From: Neoechinorhynchus agilis
Lineage: Eukaryota; Animalia; Acanthocephala
Direction of reading: 5' to 3'
Length of the DNA: 14,215 nt
Assembly: GCA_051530055.1 (NCBI GenBank)
Contig: JBMGUZ010000069.1
Location: 1-14,215, forward strand
Position 1 is the first letter of the stretch, and each line of letters starts with the position of its first letter. Under the pieces are notes generated by a model. It saw only the letters and a list, made by a program, of their open reading frames with translations, was not told the DNA's origin and did no database searches. A program made the position numbers and the translations under genes. Below are positions 1-9,289 of the stretch, one piece after another.

Positions 1-34
1 TCAAGTGAGAGAAAAGTTCAAAGAAATGTTGTTA
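1..34 (+). mobile_element. 3' tail of an RTE-type non-LTR retrotransposon copy, cut by the window edge
   Basis: 1-33 (tcaagtgagagaaaagttcaaagaaatgttgtt) matches 8271-8303 with one mismatch. Both copies end in a (GTT)n tail followed by A. The 8271 copy follows an RTE-type C-terminal motif. Confidence 0.75.
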
Positions 35-35
35 T

Positions 36-176
36 TGGCGATTACTGATTGATCATTGCACGACGAAGTCTGCGTTCTTATTAGAAGGAAAATTCTACGG
101 CCAGACGAACGGAGTGGCAATGGGATCACCGTTAGGACCAGCGATGGCCAACATCTATATGATCGAATATGAGAAT
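36..176 (+). mobile_element. Penelope-like element reverse transcriptase fragment
   Basis: Frame starting at 36 (not in the ORF track) reads WRLLIDHCTTKSAFLLEGKFYGQTNGVAMGSPLGPAMANIYMIEYEN. This matches the PLE RT motif YxQxxGxAMGSPLxPxxANIYM. A stop at 186-188 shows truncation. Confidence 0.9.
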
Positions 177-744
177 CAATCGCAATAAACAGTTCAATAA
201 TAAAGTTCGAGTGTGTAACAATTCGCCATTGAGAATACACATCCCCTCTAAGGAACAATTGGATGGAAAATTGGCGACGAAATCCATTGTAAAGAATCAT
301 AGAAGGTTCTTCAAACTTTCAGCATTAATTCTTTTTAAAACATTTCTGGCAATTGCCCTTTGAGATTTGTCAATGTGAAATGGCAGATTATGAATCGGAA
401 TGGAGTTTAAGAATCAACCATTTGTAATATTTCAGAAATTGCTTAACAAATATTTCATGAAGCACAAAAAACTGCGATCACTACAGTTATATTTGTGACT
501 AAATTAGCATTTTTGTAGGTTATCGGAAAATGCCATAATTAAATACATTCCTAATTTACATGCATTTCATCCGGGGAGTTGACTAAATTAAGACTTTTAA
601 CAAAAATTGATGGTTACAAATTTTATTACCCGTTAAAAAGCAAAATACGATAACTTGATATTTATGAAAAAAGGGTTCGTTTCGTCGTGTTAAATCAACT
701 TTTTTCTAAATTTCATAGCTCCTGAAAATCATACCTTGTCTATT

Positions 745-1013
745 TTTATACAAAGATCTTTTATATTTATTTTCAAAGTACAGATTTGCAATAAAAGCTT
801 TTCTTTAATTAAAAAGCATGGGTTTAGTCTTTCTATCGATTTCTTGAAGGTACACATAAACGCTAATACAAGTTTGCTTCATTGTTTTCAAATTTCAATT
901 GTTTCTACATCTCATTTAACTCACATTTTCGTCTGCACAGCTCGTTAAGTTCTTAATTCAAATCATGATTGTTTTTCTCATAAGCTTCGATTTTAATCAT
1001 ATTGCAAAAGTCC
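745..1013 (-). pseudogene. Decayed coding relic, coiled-coil-like, unidentified
   Basis: Minus frame reads DFCNMIKIEAYEKNNHDLN*ELNELCRRKCELNEM*KQLKFENNEANLY*, then after a shift YVYLQEIDRKTKPMLFN*RKAFIANLYFENKYK. It is protein-like but has scattered stops, and no family is recognised. Confidence 0.3.
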
Positions 1014-1289
1014 AGCATACAATCGATTGATCGGGAACGCCCATTCTCTGATGACCCTTCTCGTATGAAATTTATGGACGTCGAATCTGAATTAAAAGGG
1101 AAATTTCTGGCGATACGGATTTTCGTGTAGAGCTCGGGTCCGCAACATTCACCAACTTCAATTCATTTCGAGGATTGATCCAAAACAAATACCGATCGAA
1201 CTTTCATTTAATCCAAAGACAGTCAAAGTTCCTTGCATGTTATTCGGTGAATAAATCGGAGTGGAATAAGAACACAGCATTCTAGAGGA

Positions 1290-1482
1290 TAAATAAAATG
1301 TGAAGTCCGTGGCTGGCTTAAATATGCAAGAAACTCAAACGCACTAAAATCTCAGGACGTGAGAATATTCATAGATGTACGCAATATTAAAATCAACAAT
1401 TTGGCAAGTAATGGCAATGCTAACAAAACTATCTTCGTTTCTTTGCGGGATGCATTCCTTCTTGAGTATTGAGATCTTTTAC
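1290..1482. repeat. Diverged dispersed duplicate, copy 1 (partner 6022-6197)
   Basis: Collinear shared blocks with 6022-6197: taaataaaatg, gcactaaaat, cgtgagaatat, tacgcaa, attaaaatcaa, aatttgg, ttcgttt, gagtattgagat. Confidence 0.8.
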
Positions 1483-1589
1483 GGCTTGGTGAAAATCTGA
1501 TTGAAATTTTTGCGTAAATAAAACGCATAACGAATTTATCAATTGTTCTAGAAATGTTTTATCGCGTCCTAATCGTTGAGATATCATCT

Positions 1590-2120
1590 TCAATTGTCAT
1601 CAGAGCGCCCAAAGCCATCTTCGTCGTCAATTTCTGTTCGTCTAGTTTAAATGTCCTTTAATTCCCCTAAATGAAAGGTTTTCCTTCGAATAATTTAATC
1701 GTTTTAGGTCAATCGCTAAAAGTCTAATTTCACGCATCGATCGTTCGCCCATTAATCTCTGTGGGTGATGTTAATTTTCTTCGAAGACTTTAAGCGTTCC
1801 TAATTCATTAATTGAACCTCACCGGCAGTCTGCATCCTCTTCATCAACAGTTCCAGCGGTTCCCTGTCGAATCTTCCTTAATCTCTTTAAGCTATGATCA
1901 TTATTCTTCATCAATTGAACTTCCACAACCATCTTCATCCTCTTCATCAACAGCCCTTGCGTTTCGTTTTCGAATTTCCTTTAATTTCTGTGAATGATGA
2001 TCCTTCGCCTCGTTTGTGAGCCACCTTTTTCATCTTCATCGAAAATTCCCGCGCTTCGCTTTCGATTTTCCTCAAAGCACTGTGAGTGATCAATTTTTTC
2101 TTCGTCCACTTTAAGCTTTA
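1590..2120 (-). pseudogene. Decayed copies of the acidic RKR...DEED.DG.G.SIDE repeat seen in the 3472-4713 ORF
   Basis: Minus-strand pieces read RKRSAGIFDEDEKGG, EIRKRNARAVDEEDEDGCGSSIDEE*, KIRQGTAGTVDEEDADCR*GSINELGTLKVFEEN*HHP and TRRTEIDDEDGFGRSDDN*. They parallel RKRCAETIDEDDCGRSIDEFGAL and SSLEELGALKFDQEDDHNP in the intact ORF. Stops and frameshifts are present. Confidence 0.7.
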
Positions 2121-2294
2121 CGAAAGTATAAATGGACGTATTATTGCAAATGTTGGGCTCGATCAATTACCAACAGCAGCAAAGCGAGAAATAAGAATCG
2201 GTGAAGATTCAAGCGGACTCATTAGAAGAAAGGTTGATAATTTTAAAGAAAGTGGACGAGTTATAACTACGGATATTGATATTGAAATAACGAA

Positions 2295-2435
2295 CGCGAA
2301 GATCTTGTTTACTGCTTCCACCGCTCCACGCTTCGCGTCCCACGACGATGAGCAGGTGGTTGCCGATTTATGCATACCAGCGTATATCGCCGCTTTCATC
2401 GCCCAAGGATGGTGAGAATCTCGGTGCATCACAAT
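2295..2435 (-). mobile_element. Inverted fragment of a Penelope-like RT thumb/connection region
   Basis: Reads IVMHRDSHHPWAMKAAIYAGMHKSATTCSSSWDAKRGAVEAVNKIFA, resembling the PLE post-RT motif HxxSxHPxxxKxxxxxxxxxRAxxxCS. The similarity is recalled, not searched. Confidence 0.65.
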
Positions 2436-2737
2436 CGACAAGGCCACTTCGCCAAAGAGTGGCCGAGCATGTACGAAACTCGTTGAACCCAAGTGCGCAA
2501 TCGTATGTGACGACACCGTGGGCGAAACATTATTCGCGAGTCCACCCGGATGGAACAGTTCAGCTGTCCACGCGCATAATGTACAAAGCGCAGGATCCCG
2601 TCGAACTGTCGATAGCGGAAGCGCTGATCATATCCCGAGAGACCCGGGATCGTGAGGACTCTAGCGGGCATCGGTCGGACGGTAGGACACTCATTAACCA
2701 GAAGGATGAGTTGTCTGCCGTAATGAATCTCATGTGA
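2432..2737 (+). mobile_element. Penelope-like element GIY-YIG endonuclease, 5'-truncated, ending at its stop codon
   Basis: Reads QSTRPLRQRVAEH...WAKHYSRVHP...IAEALII...LINQKDEL*. It keeps the RxxxRxxEH, AxH, EAxxI and terminal N motifs of PLE GIY-YIG domains. The GIY and YIG motifs are missing because the upstream part of ORF 2348-2737 is the antisense of the inverted thumb fragment. Confidence 0.85.
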
Positions 2738-2769
2738 ACTTCCACTCCACTTCACTCGCATTGTAGATT

Positions 2770-2808
2770 ACACCCTGAAGAAGCCGTTGGACGGCGAAAG
2801 CTAGGTGT
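2770..2808 (+). ncRNA. Minimal type I hammerhead ribozyme in the PLE 3' pseudo-LTR
   Basis: Sequence ACACC-CTGAAGA-A-GCCGT(TGG)ACGGC-GAAA-GC-TA-GGTGT. Stem I is 2770-2774/2804-2808, the CUGANGA core 2775-2781, stem II 2783-2787/2791-2795 and GAAA 2796-2799. Stem III is the palindrome AGCT (2799-2802), and the CUA triplet predicts cleavage after 2803. It lies 33 nt after the GIY-YIG stop. Confidence 0.9.
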
Positions 2809-2811
2809 TTC

Positions 2812-2817
2812 AATAAA
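2812..2817 (+). terminator. Polyadenylation signal of the PLE 3' end
   Basis: AATAAA 3 nt after the ribozyme stem I. Confidence 0.5.
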
Positions 2818-3471
2818 CTCTCTTTCAGTCGGATTGTCAATCAAACAATCATCAATAGATAAAACATGCGACTGAACAACCAAGCAGCGCTTAGTAATCT
2901 TAGTAATCTGATATTTCCACGGATTCAATCCATCGCTGCATAGAAACATACATTCATAATTTCTCAATGAAGATCAAAATCCACGTTTAGTTCATTGTCT
3001 ACAATCGACGTAAATAAAAATAAGAAATAGAACCGCCTTTAAGATTTTTGCATTGCATCCGAAGTTTAAAGAATAAGTCAGAAAATCTGATTGCATCGCC
3101 AATTTAATCAAGTAAAGACTGTTGATCTTTCAAAAATCCCATTAATCGAATGCCTTCCGAACCGCTAATCGACAATGACAATGGAAAAAATCGATAATGC
3201 ATAGCACATCAAAACATTTGATACGGTAAAGGTATGAAGAATCTCCAGAATTTAATTTGAATTTCAATCTCTTAAAAAATCTACAAAAAGAACAAAGTTA
3301 CCTTCTTCAACTTCACCGTCTAATTTTGTGCGCCTCCTTTAAATGTCTTATAATGCCATGGATGAAGATTTCTCCGCTCGACAACTTTAACCATCTTAGA
3401 TTAATCTATTTGACACGAATAAAAGTAACCCATTAATATCGGTACTTGATGTTGCTTTTCTTGTATACTGT

Positions 3472-5151
3472 TCAAGAGCTTCGCTTTAGAATTTTTCTTA
3501 ACCTATTTGAGTTAAGGTCTAGCGCTCCAAATTCATCGATTGATCTTCCACAATCGTCTTCATCGATAGTTTCAGCGCATCGTTTCCGCGAGTTCTTGGA
3601 TGCCTGTGATTCATTGCCGTCTTTCTCGACATCTATCAGGTTTCCCAAATGATCGATTGAACGGCCCCACCCATCGTTATCATCTTCATTTGCAGTTGAA
3701 GCGCTTTGCTGCCGACCGTCCATCGATCCTTGTGGTTGTTCGCCGTCTTTCTGGGTATCAATCGGCTCTCCAAACTGATCGATTGAACGGCCCCACCCAT
3801 CGTTATCATCTTCATTGGCAGTTGAAGCGCCTTGCTGCCGACCGTCCATCGATCCTTGTGGTTGTTCGCCGTCTTTCTCGGTATGAATCAGCTCTCCAAA
3901 CTGGTCGATTGAACGGCCCCACCCATCTCTATCGTCTTCATTGGCAGTTGAAGCGCTTTGCTGCCGACCGTCAATCGATCCTTGGGATTGTTCGCTGTCT
4001 TCCTCGAGATCCTTTAGTTTTCTAACTTCATCGATAGAATTTCCACAATCATCTTTGGCATCTTCATCATCCATTGGCGGGCTTCGTTTTCTCATTTTCT
4101 TTGGGTTATGGTCGTCTTCTTGATCAAATTTTAGCGCTCCAAGTTCTTCGAGTGAACTTAACCAATCCCCTGCACTCTCTTCATTAATATTTCCTGCCGT
4201 TCGTTTACGGAATTCCTTTACTCTCAGCGATTTATGTTCGTCAACTGTTGCTGCGTTTTGTTTTGTGATTCCTTTTATCCTCTCGGGTTCATATTTCTTC
4301 TCCTCGACAATATTAACTTCTTTTTGGATGTTTCCATTTTTCCATTCATTTTTGTTTCCAAATTCAACTATTCTCTGCGCATTATTTAAGAATTGGCCTT
4401 CGTTTGTAACAATTAATTGTTTCATTTCAGCTGCTAATATTGACCATTCGCATTGATCGCTTCTAAAACACCTTTTGCGTTTTTTCTCCGAATCGATTTC
4501 AGTTTCATTATCTGACTTCCTTTTTCTTGATTCTCTGGCCACGTCTCCAGGTTCTTCAAATTCCTCGTCGATTTCCATTTCTTCATTCATTGATTCTCCA
4601 TTATCCTTGTCATTTTCATAATCTTCGAAACTCATCATTGATTGTATCGCCGGGAACCGTTCTACGAATTTCATCATCTCATTTGAAAGTTCCTCTTTCA
4701 CATTTCTCTTCATTTCATCTCGTTGGATTCAATTTTCCATCGTCTTTTTTAAATCTACTTTCCCATAATTCTTCATGTAGCTGCGAAAACTTTTCGCAAT
4801 TTCCTTAATAATCTCATTAAAGCCGTCCGTTCCTGCCATTTCCGTTTCCTGTTCTGCTACTTCGATCACCTCAACAAATTGTGTCTGAATCGCCTTTTCC
4901 ATTGAACTTTTTGTCCGTTCCTTTGTATGCTGCAATCTTCTACTCACCGCTAACCCAATAATGAAGCCAATCGCGAGCATGATTATTGACGCCGACGATA
5001 TTGCCATCCGATCCATAATTTCAATAGAGTTTAATAATACGTTCATTATTTCAGTAATTGAAAGCGCGAAATTTGCTAAAAATCTTTCCTCTGTGGTTGA
5101 TATTTGGGAGCAATAACATTTTTTTGTATTCCAAGAGCTACGGCGACTCAA
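3472..5151 (-). pseudogene. Interrupted 560-codon frame: N-terminal hydrophobic segment followed by a long acidic region with 42-aa repeats; one in-frame TGA; unknown family
   Basis: ORFs 4729-5151 and 3472-4713 share a frame and are separated only by TGA (4729-4731) plus 5 codons: MEN*IQRDEMKRN. The hydrophobic stretch is SASIIMLAIGFIIGLAV. The listed start at 5151 is TTG, so the true start or upstream exon is uncertain. Confidence 0.6.
3616..3993. repeat. 126-bp coding tandem repeat, three near-identical units flanked by diverged units
   Basis: gccgtctttct occurs at 3616, 3742 and 3868 (variant at 3994). gattgaacggccccacccatc occurs at 3655, 3781 and 3907. The minus-strand unit is QGS[IM]DGRQQ[SG]ASTANEDD[RN]DGWGRSID..G..I...KDG.... 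Confidence 0.95.
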
Positions 5152-6021
5152 CTAACCTGGTAATTGGGAGAATCAATTATCAATCAATTTGGGTTCTCTC
5201 ATAAAGCAAATCGTTTCGTTGGTTCATCAGTTTGGTCAATGAAAAAAGATGAACGCAGAGGACCGTTTTGTACATTTTTGCATTGGATTTTGTCCATTTC
5301 GTGAAGGGTCTAATCGCCGAGCAGAACGTCGAAAGTTTTGATCCTTGATTTGAGTGGAACTTTGAGTGGTGTTTGACCAATGGAAGCCGCGTTTTGGTTC
5401 AATTAAAAATGTACACGGCTCGAATGTGTTTCTGTTCGCATTGAACACAGTAAGTTCCGTAGACAACATTGAACCTCATGAAAAGTGATTTTGTCGCAAT
5501 GGTCCAAACTTTGGTCTTGTCGCCCGCATCCTTTTACATTACAAACGATATCGAAAACTGTAGCACTTCCTTGTGATGGACTCTTTTAGTTGGAATCCGG
5601 CGAAATGTTAAAGAGCTCCTCTTAACTCATCGATCTTCTAATTGTGCCTCCTTTTGAGAGCCTCTTGATGTCGCTCGTGAATTTCTCTCTAACAAATGGG
5701 ATCTTGAGGATCGGTAAGGAATCGCTATTGGTTTCCTTCTGATACGAACGTCCGCCAACCGATTCTGCTCGGAAGCCCCTAAATTTCCCGATCCCAATAT
5801 TTGTTTTAAGCGAACATTCTGTTCGAAACTTTTTTATTGACGATCCTTTTAGCCTCCGGTGAAGATGAGCAAATCCTTGCAGAAGTATAAAATGACTGAT
5901 GAAGAGCGACCTAAGGTGAAACTGGAAAAATTTATTTTCAGGAATACGTGGAAGCAAGGAACTTCATAAGGAAATTGAAAGCCTGAATGAAAACGGACTG
6001 AAAATAGCATCCGGCAAGCGT

Positions 6022-6197
6022 TAAATAAAATGGGATGTTTATGCAATTAACAAAAATGCACTAAAATGTAAAAGCGTGAGAATATCCATACATATACGCA
6101 AAATTAAAATCAATAATTTGGAAAGGAACCGAAAAATTAGCAATACTTTATTCGTTTTTTTGCGATGAATTCGTTCGGGAGTATTGAGATATTTTAC
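6022..6197. repeat. Diverged dispersed duplicate, copy 2 (partner 1290-1482)
   Basis: Same collinear blocks as copy 1, with a 2-nt indel near 6165. Confidence 0.8.
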
Positions 6198-6432
6198 ACC
6201 TTCAAGTCCGTTTTGGACTTTATAGATTTATTTAAAATTAAATTCATCGACGAATTCCAATACAAAAGGACGCCGATTATTAAATCTTAATTCCAGTTGT
6301 TATCATTTTTCAAAAAACTCAAGAATTTATCGTTTATTCCTCGGGTTGTGATCATTCCTTATTTTAATTGTATTGCAGCCTCGGATTGTATGCAACGGTA
6401 CTTTCCTACGTTGCACCGTAGGTATAAGCCCG

Positions 6433-7451
6433 TCAAATAGAATTAGACTCCGCAAGGGATCTAAAATACACGACAGCAGTCCTGTTATGCGGGCAATTCG
6501 CGTCTCTTAAAATGAGGTCATCGTATGTACGACAGTTCCCTTTGCCCTTAAGATACAATGTCGTTGGCTTCCGGAAAGGGAACTGTTGCACGACCTGTGG
6601 GCAAGATGCCTCGGACCGAATTATATTGCCCGTGAACTGCAGTCGCCTGTGGCGCAAATATTCACTGGGGGGTTGGACTTCGGCTCTCTTATACAGTGCT
6701 TTGTTTTTGACTTTATCTGACCATCTGACCTTGAACGCCGCACGTAAGAGAGATTAATGATTTTGGTCCAAATGCCTCGTCGCCGTTGGTGACAGTGTCC
6801 AGGTCTCTTCATTGTAGTAGAGAATGCTCTCAATTAGAGCCCTGAACAACTGCGAACAGAGTTCATCCGGCAAAGACTCACTGTCAAACAGTGGTTTAAG
6901 TGGCCCCATTGCTCTCCAAGTTATAGCTCTCCGTCGGCTGAAATCCGCACTCACCTGAGGAACGACAGCTCCCAGATAGACATTCCGCTCTATCTGTTTT
7001 AATTGCCCAACGCCATTCGGCCCTTCGTCAGAGGTCAAGAATTCCGCTTTTTTCGAGTTGATGGTCAGACCAATCGTACTCGCCCTCTCGCACAGTCTAT
7101 TTAGCATGCGTTGAACTTCTTCGACTGTTGAGGGCATCAATACGATGTCGTCGGCATATGCCATGTAGGAGGCGTGTATCTCAGGATACCTGCGACTTCT
7201 TTTCCTCAACAGAAGAAATCCATCTTCATCATTCGGTAGTGCCCATCTCATTACCCAATCAAGCACCAAGATGTGGTGGAAAAGTATTCTGTCAGACCGT
7301 CAGCTGTCTTTACGGCGGACCTCGTGTTTTTATATAATGCCATAACGGATGTGACAATGATCGGCGGCATTCCATACTCCTTTAAGATACCGCCAATCAT
7401 CGTTCGATTTACCAAATCGAAAGCTCGACGGAAATCAACAAATACCACCTT
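6433..7451 (-). mobile_element. Decayed, 5'-truncated non-LTR retrotransposon RT (RTE/RTEX-like)
   Basis: Reads VFVDFRRAFDLVNR...YGMP...LY..T.SAVKTADGLTEYF. Near 7270 the expected GVxQGD motif is deleted with a frameshift. It continues VLDWVMR...RRYP...YADDIVL...GLTINSKK...YLG...ESILYYNEETWTL...LD, has an in-frame TAA at 6754-6756, and resumes LLRAAFKVRWSDKV.N..LY...RRLQFTG to TGA at 6433-6435. Confidence 0.9.
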
Positions 7452-8139
7452 CGACTGTCGAGGAGCAAAGATTCAAAGAGCCTTGTATTCGAAAGTAAAA
7501 ATTAAGTATAATTTTAATTTTTAAGCCCTGTTGGATTCGCCGCAACTTTCAAGGTAAGGTGTTTATTGACGAGATCGTAGATAGCGAAGAGCGCAAGAAG
7601 TTTTTCTCCGTGAGTTAAGGTAAGGCTCACTTTTCAAAGAACATCAAAAGAGCATCGATTTTCGCTAACGAACTCTCACTGCGAAAAACAGCTTTTTAAC
7701 TTTCACTTCTATCTCGAAACAATTTACAGTAAGTTCCGGCCTCAGGCCAAAGCCCAATGACGAGTACAGTGTCCGCTCGGACGCTTCAGAGGGCACCGAA
7801 AAAATAAAAGAAATTTTTTTGTATCCATCGATGAAGATTTTTGTTTGTTTCAATTCCACAATTCGGGATGAAAAATGGACATTGAAGATGTCAATGTAAC
7901 GCAAAGTTTGGACTTTTTGTATGAAAGAGTAATTTGACTTTAAGATTTTTGTTTAGAAGCGATTGTAACCCTCTTGAGAAACCCAAGAGGTTTCCATTAG
8001 GTGATGACTAGGATTTAAGAAGAAGGAATCATATTTACTGCTATGAACTAGCAAACATGACCCAGTTTCGTGAAAAAATAAATGACCAGGATTGCGATTG
8101 TACCCTCAGGTCACACAAGCAGATGAAGACGCCTCGCAT

Positions 8140-8310
8140 GGAGAATCGAGCTCGAGGGAAAAGAAGAGGGATGCCCAAAAAGAGGTGGAAGGACAGTGTG
8201 AGCGGAGATTTCAAGACTCTGGGAAAGGAGAACAAAGACGAAAACCGACAATGCTGAAAAGAACGACCTCTCAAGTGGGAGAAAAGTTCAAAGAAATGTT
8301 GTTGTTGTTA
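8140..8310 (+). mobile_element. 3' end of an RTE-clade non-LTR retrotransposon with (GTT)n tail
   Basis: RGKRRGMPKKRWKDSVSGDF (from 8153) resembles the RTE C-terminal GxRxRGRPxxRWxD motif. A short 3' region (cgacctctcaagtggga...) and tgttgttgttgtta follow. A second copy of the tail is at 1-33. The 5' boundary is uncertain. Confidence 0.75.
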
Positions 8311-8643
8311 TAAGATTTAAAACGGGACTTTTCGCAAGTCAGTTAGAAAATTATGAGCTATGCTTGGCTAATTTTGCTGGACAAAAATAATACTAGGAAT
8401 TGACCAAAATCATAAGACAAATGTCCATCGAATTTTCTAAGGGACGAAGTGCACTTCGCCATTCAACAATCACTCCAAGAACTTGAAGAATAATCCCGTT
8501 CAATGTCTTATTTGTTGTATCAAATAAAAAGGTTTTTGTCTCTACTCTTTTTTTTTTAAAAAAATAATAAATTGTGTATTTTTCGCGAAAATTCAATTTT
8601 GTTGTTGTCATACAGTTTTCTATTTGGTTACTTTTCTTTACAT

Positions 8644-8841
8644 TCACCACCTCCCACCAAATTCCAGCTTTTGTCCTTCCTCGACCGTCGCCATCACGCT
8701 GGCAGCATTGCCCCGTTGTACTGCCAGCGAGATATTTTGTCGAAGAAATAAGCCTGCTCTTGAGTCTCCGGTTGCCTCTCTCAATTTCTTCGAGAGATCC
8801 TTGAGCAGAGAGAGTGCCGAGCTGCCGAGCGCTCCATACGT
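8644..8841 (-). mobile_element. C-terminus of a CRE-like non-LTR retrotransposon ORF (restriction-like endonuclease type), 5'-truncated
   Basis: An ATG-less frame missing from the ORF track reads TYGALGSSALSLLKDLSKKLREATGDSRAGLFLRQNISLAVQRGNAASVMATVEEGQKLEFGGRW*. It matches the recalled CRE-clade tail ETxGxxG...TGDxR..FLxQxxSxAxQRGNAASV. A minus-strand A10 run at 8548-8557 may be its tail. Confidence 0.75.
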
Positions 8842-9289
8842 CTTGAAAGAAATTAAATTATTTAAGCTTTTTAAAGTTCACAAATTTTAATCTCGTCTAT
8901 CAACTTATTGCTCTAACGGTGATTTATTTTTCGTCAATATTCTTTCAAGCAGATTCAATCAGTCGATTAATTTCTTTACTTAAAAGTCTAAAGCGGGAGT
9001 GTTTTCTCTTTACGGCTGTCGATGCGTTTACTGAACTTAATAATAAGACTTTATTTCTATTTTCAAAATCAGGGATGCTTATAAAAATGTTTCCAAGAAA
9101 TCCTTTTTATTTCCGCAAAAATATTCAGTACTTTCTAGTAATATCAAAATTCGTACTTTCATTATTTTCTGTCATTTTCCTTCAAATTATTTTTGTTATT
9201 TAAAGGAAATTACACAAATCTATCGTATTGGTATCAAATACAATCTGTGAAATTTTATAAATGTTGAACTTAAATCGCAAAATACGTAT

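Noticed and set aside
1048-1070. CTGATGA...GAAA as a hammerhead
   Set aside because: The intervening 12 nt form no stem II.
2086-2294. N-terminal part of ORF 2086-2415 as a real exon
   Set aside because: Protein-like, but no recognisable motif or splice support, and the rest of the ORF is antisense PLE sequence.
3616-3993. 126-bp repeats as a CRISPR array
   Set aside because: Units are contiguous with no unique spacers, have a codon-multiple period, lie inside an ORF, and the DNA is eukaryotic.
5214-5230. Minus-strand CTGATGA-ACCAAC-GAAA as a hammerhead
   Set aside because: No stem II closing pair and no stem I in register.
5896-5921. CTGATGA...GAAA as a hammerhead
   Set aside because: Only a 3-bp hairpin out of register with the core, and no UH triplet or stem I after GAAA.
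7520-7904. Minus-strand protein-like frames next to the RT fragment, sharing acagtaagttccg with 5447-5459
   Set aside because: Stops interrupt the frames, no family is recognised, and a single 13-mer is too little to claim homology.
7970-7990. CCTCTTG/CAAGAGG hairpin
   Set aside because: A 7-bp stem with no supporting context, plausible by chance.
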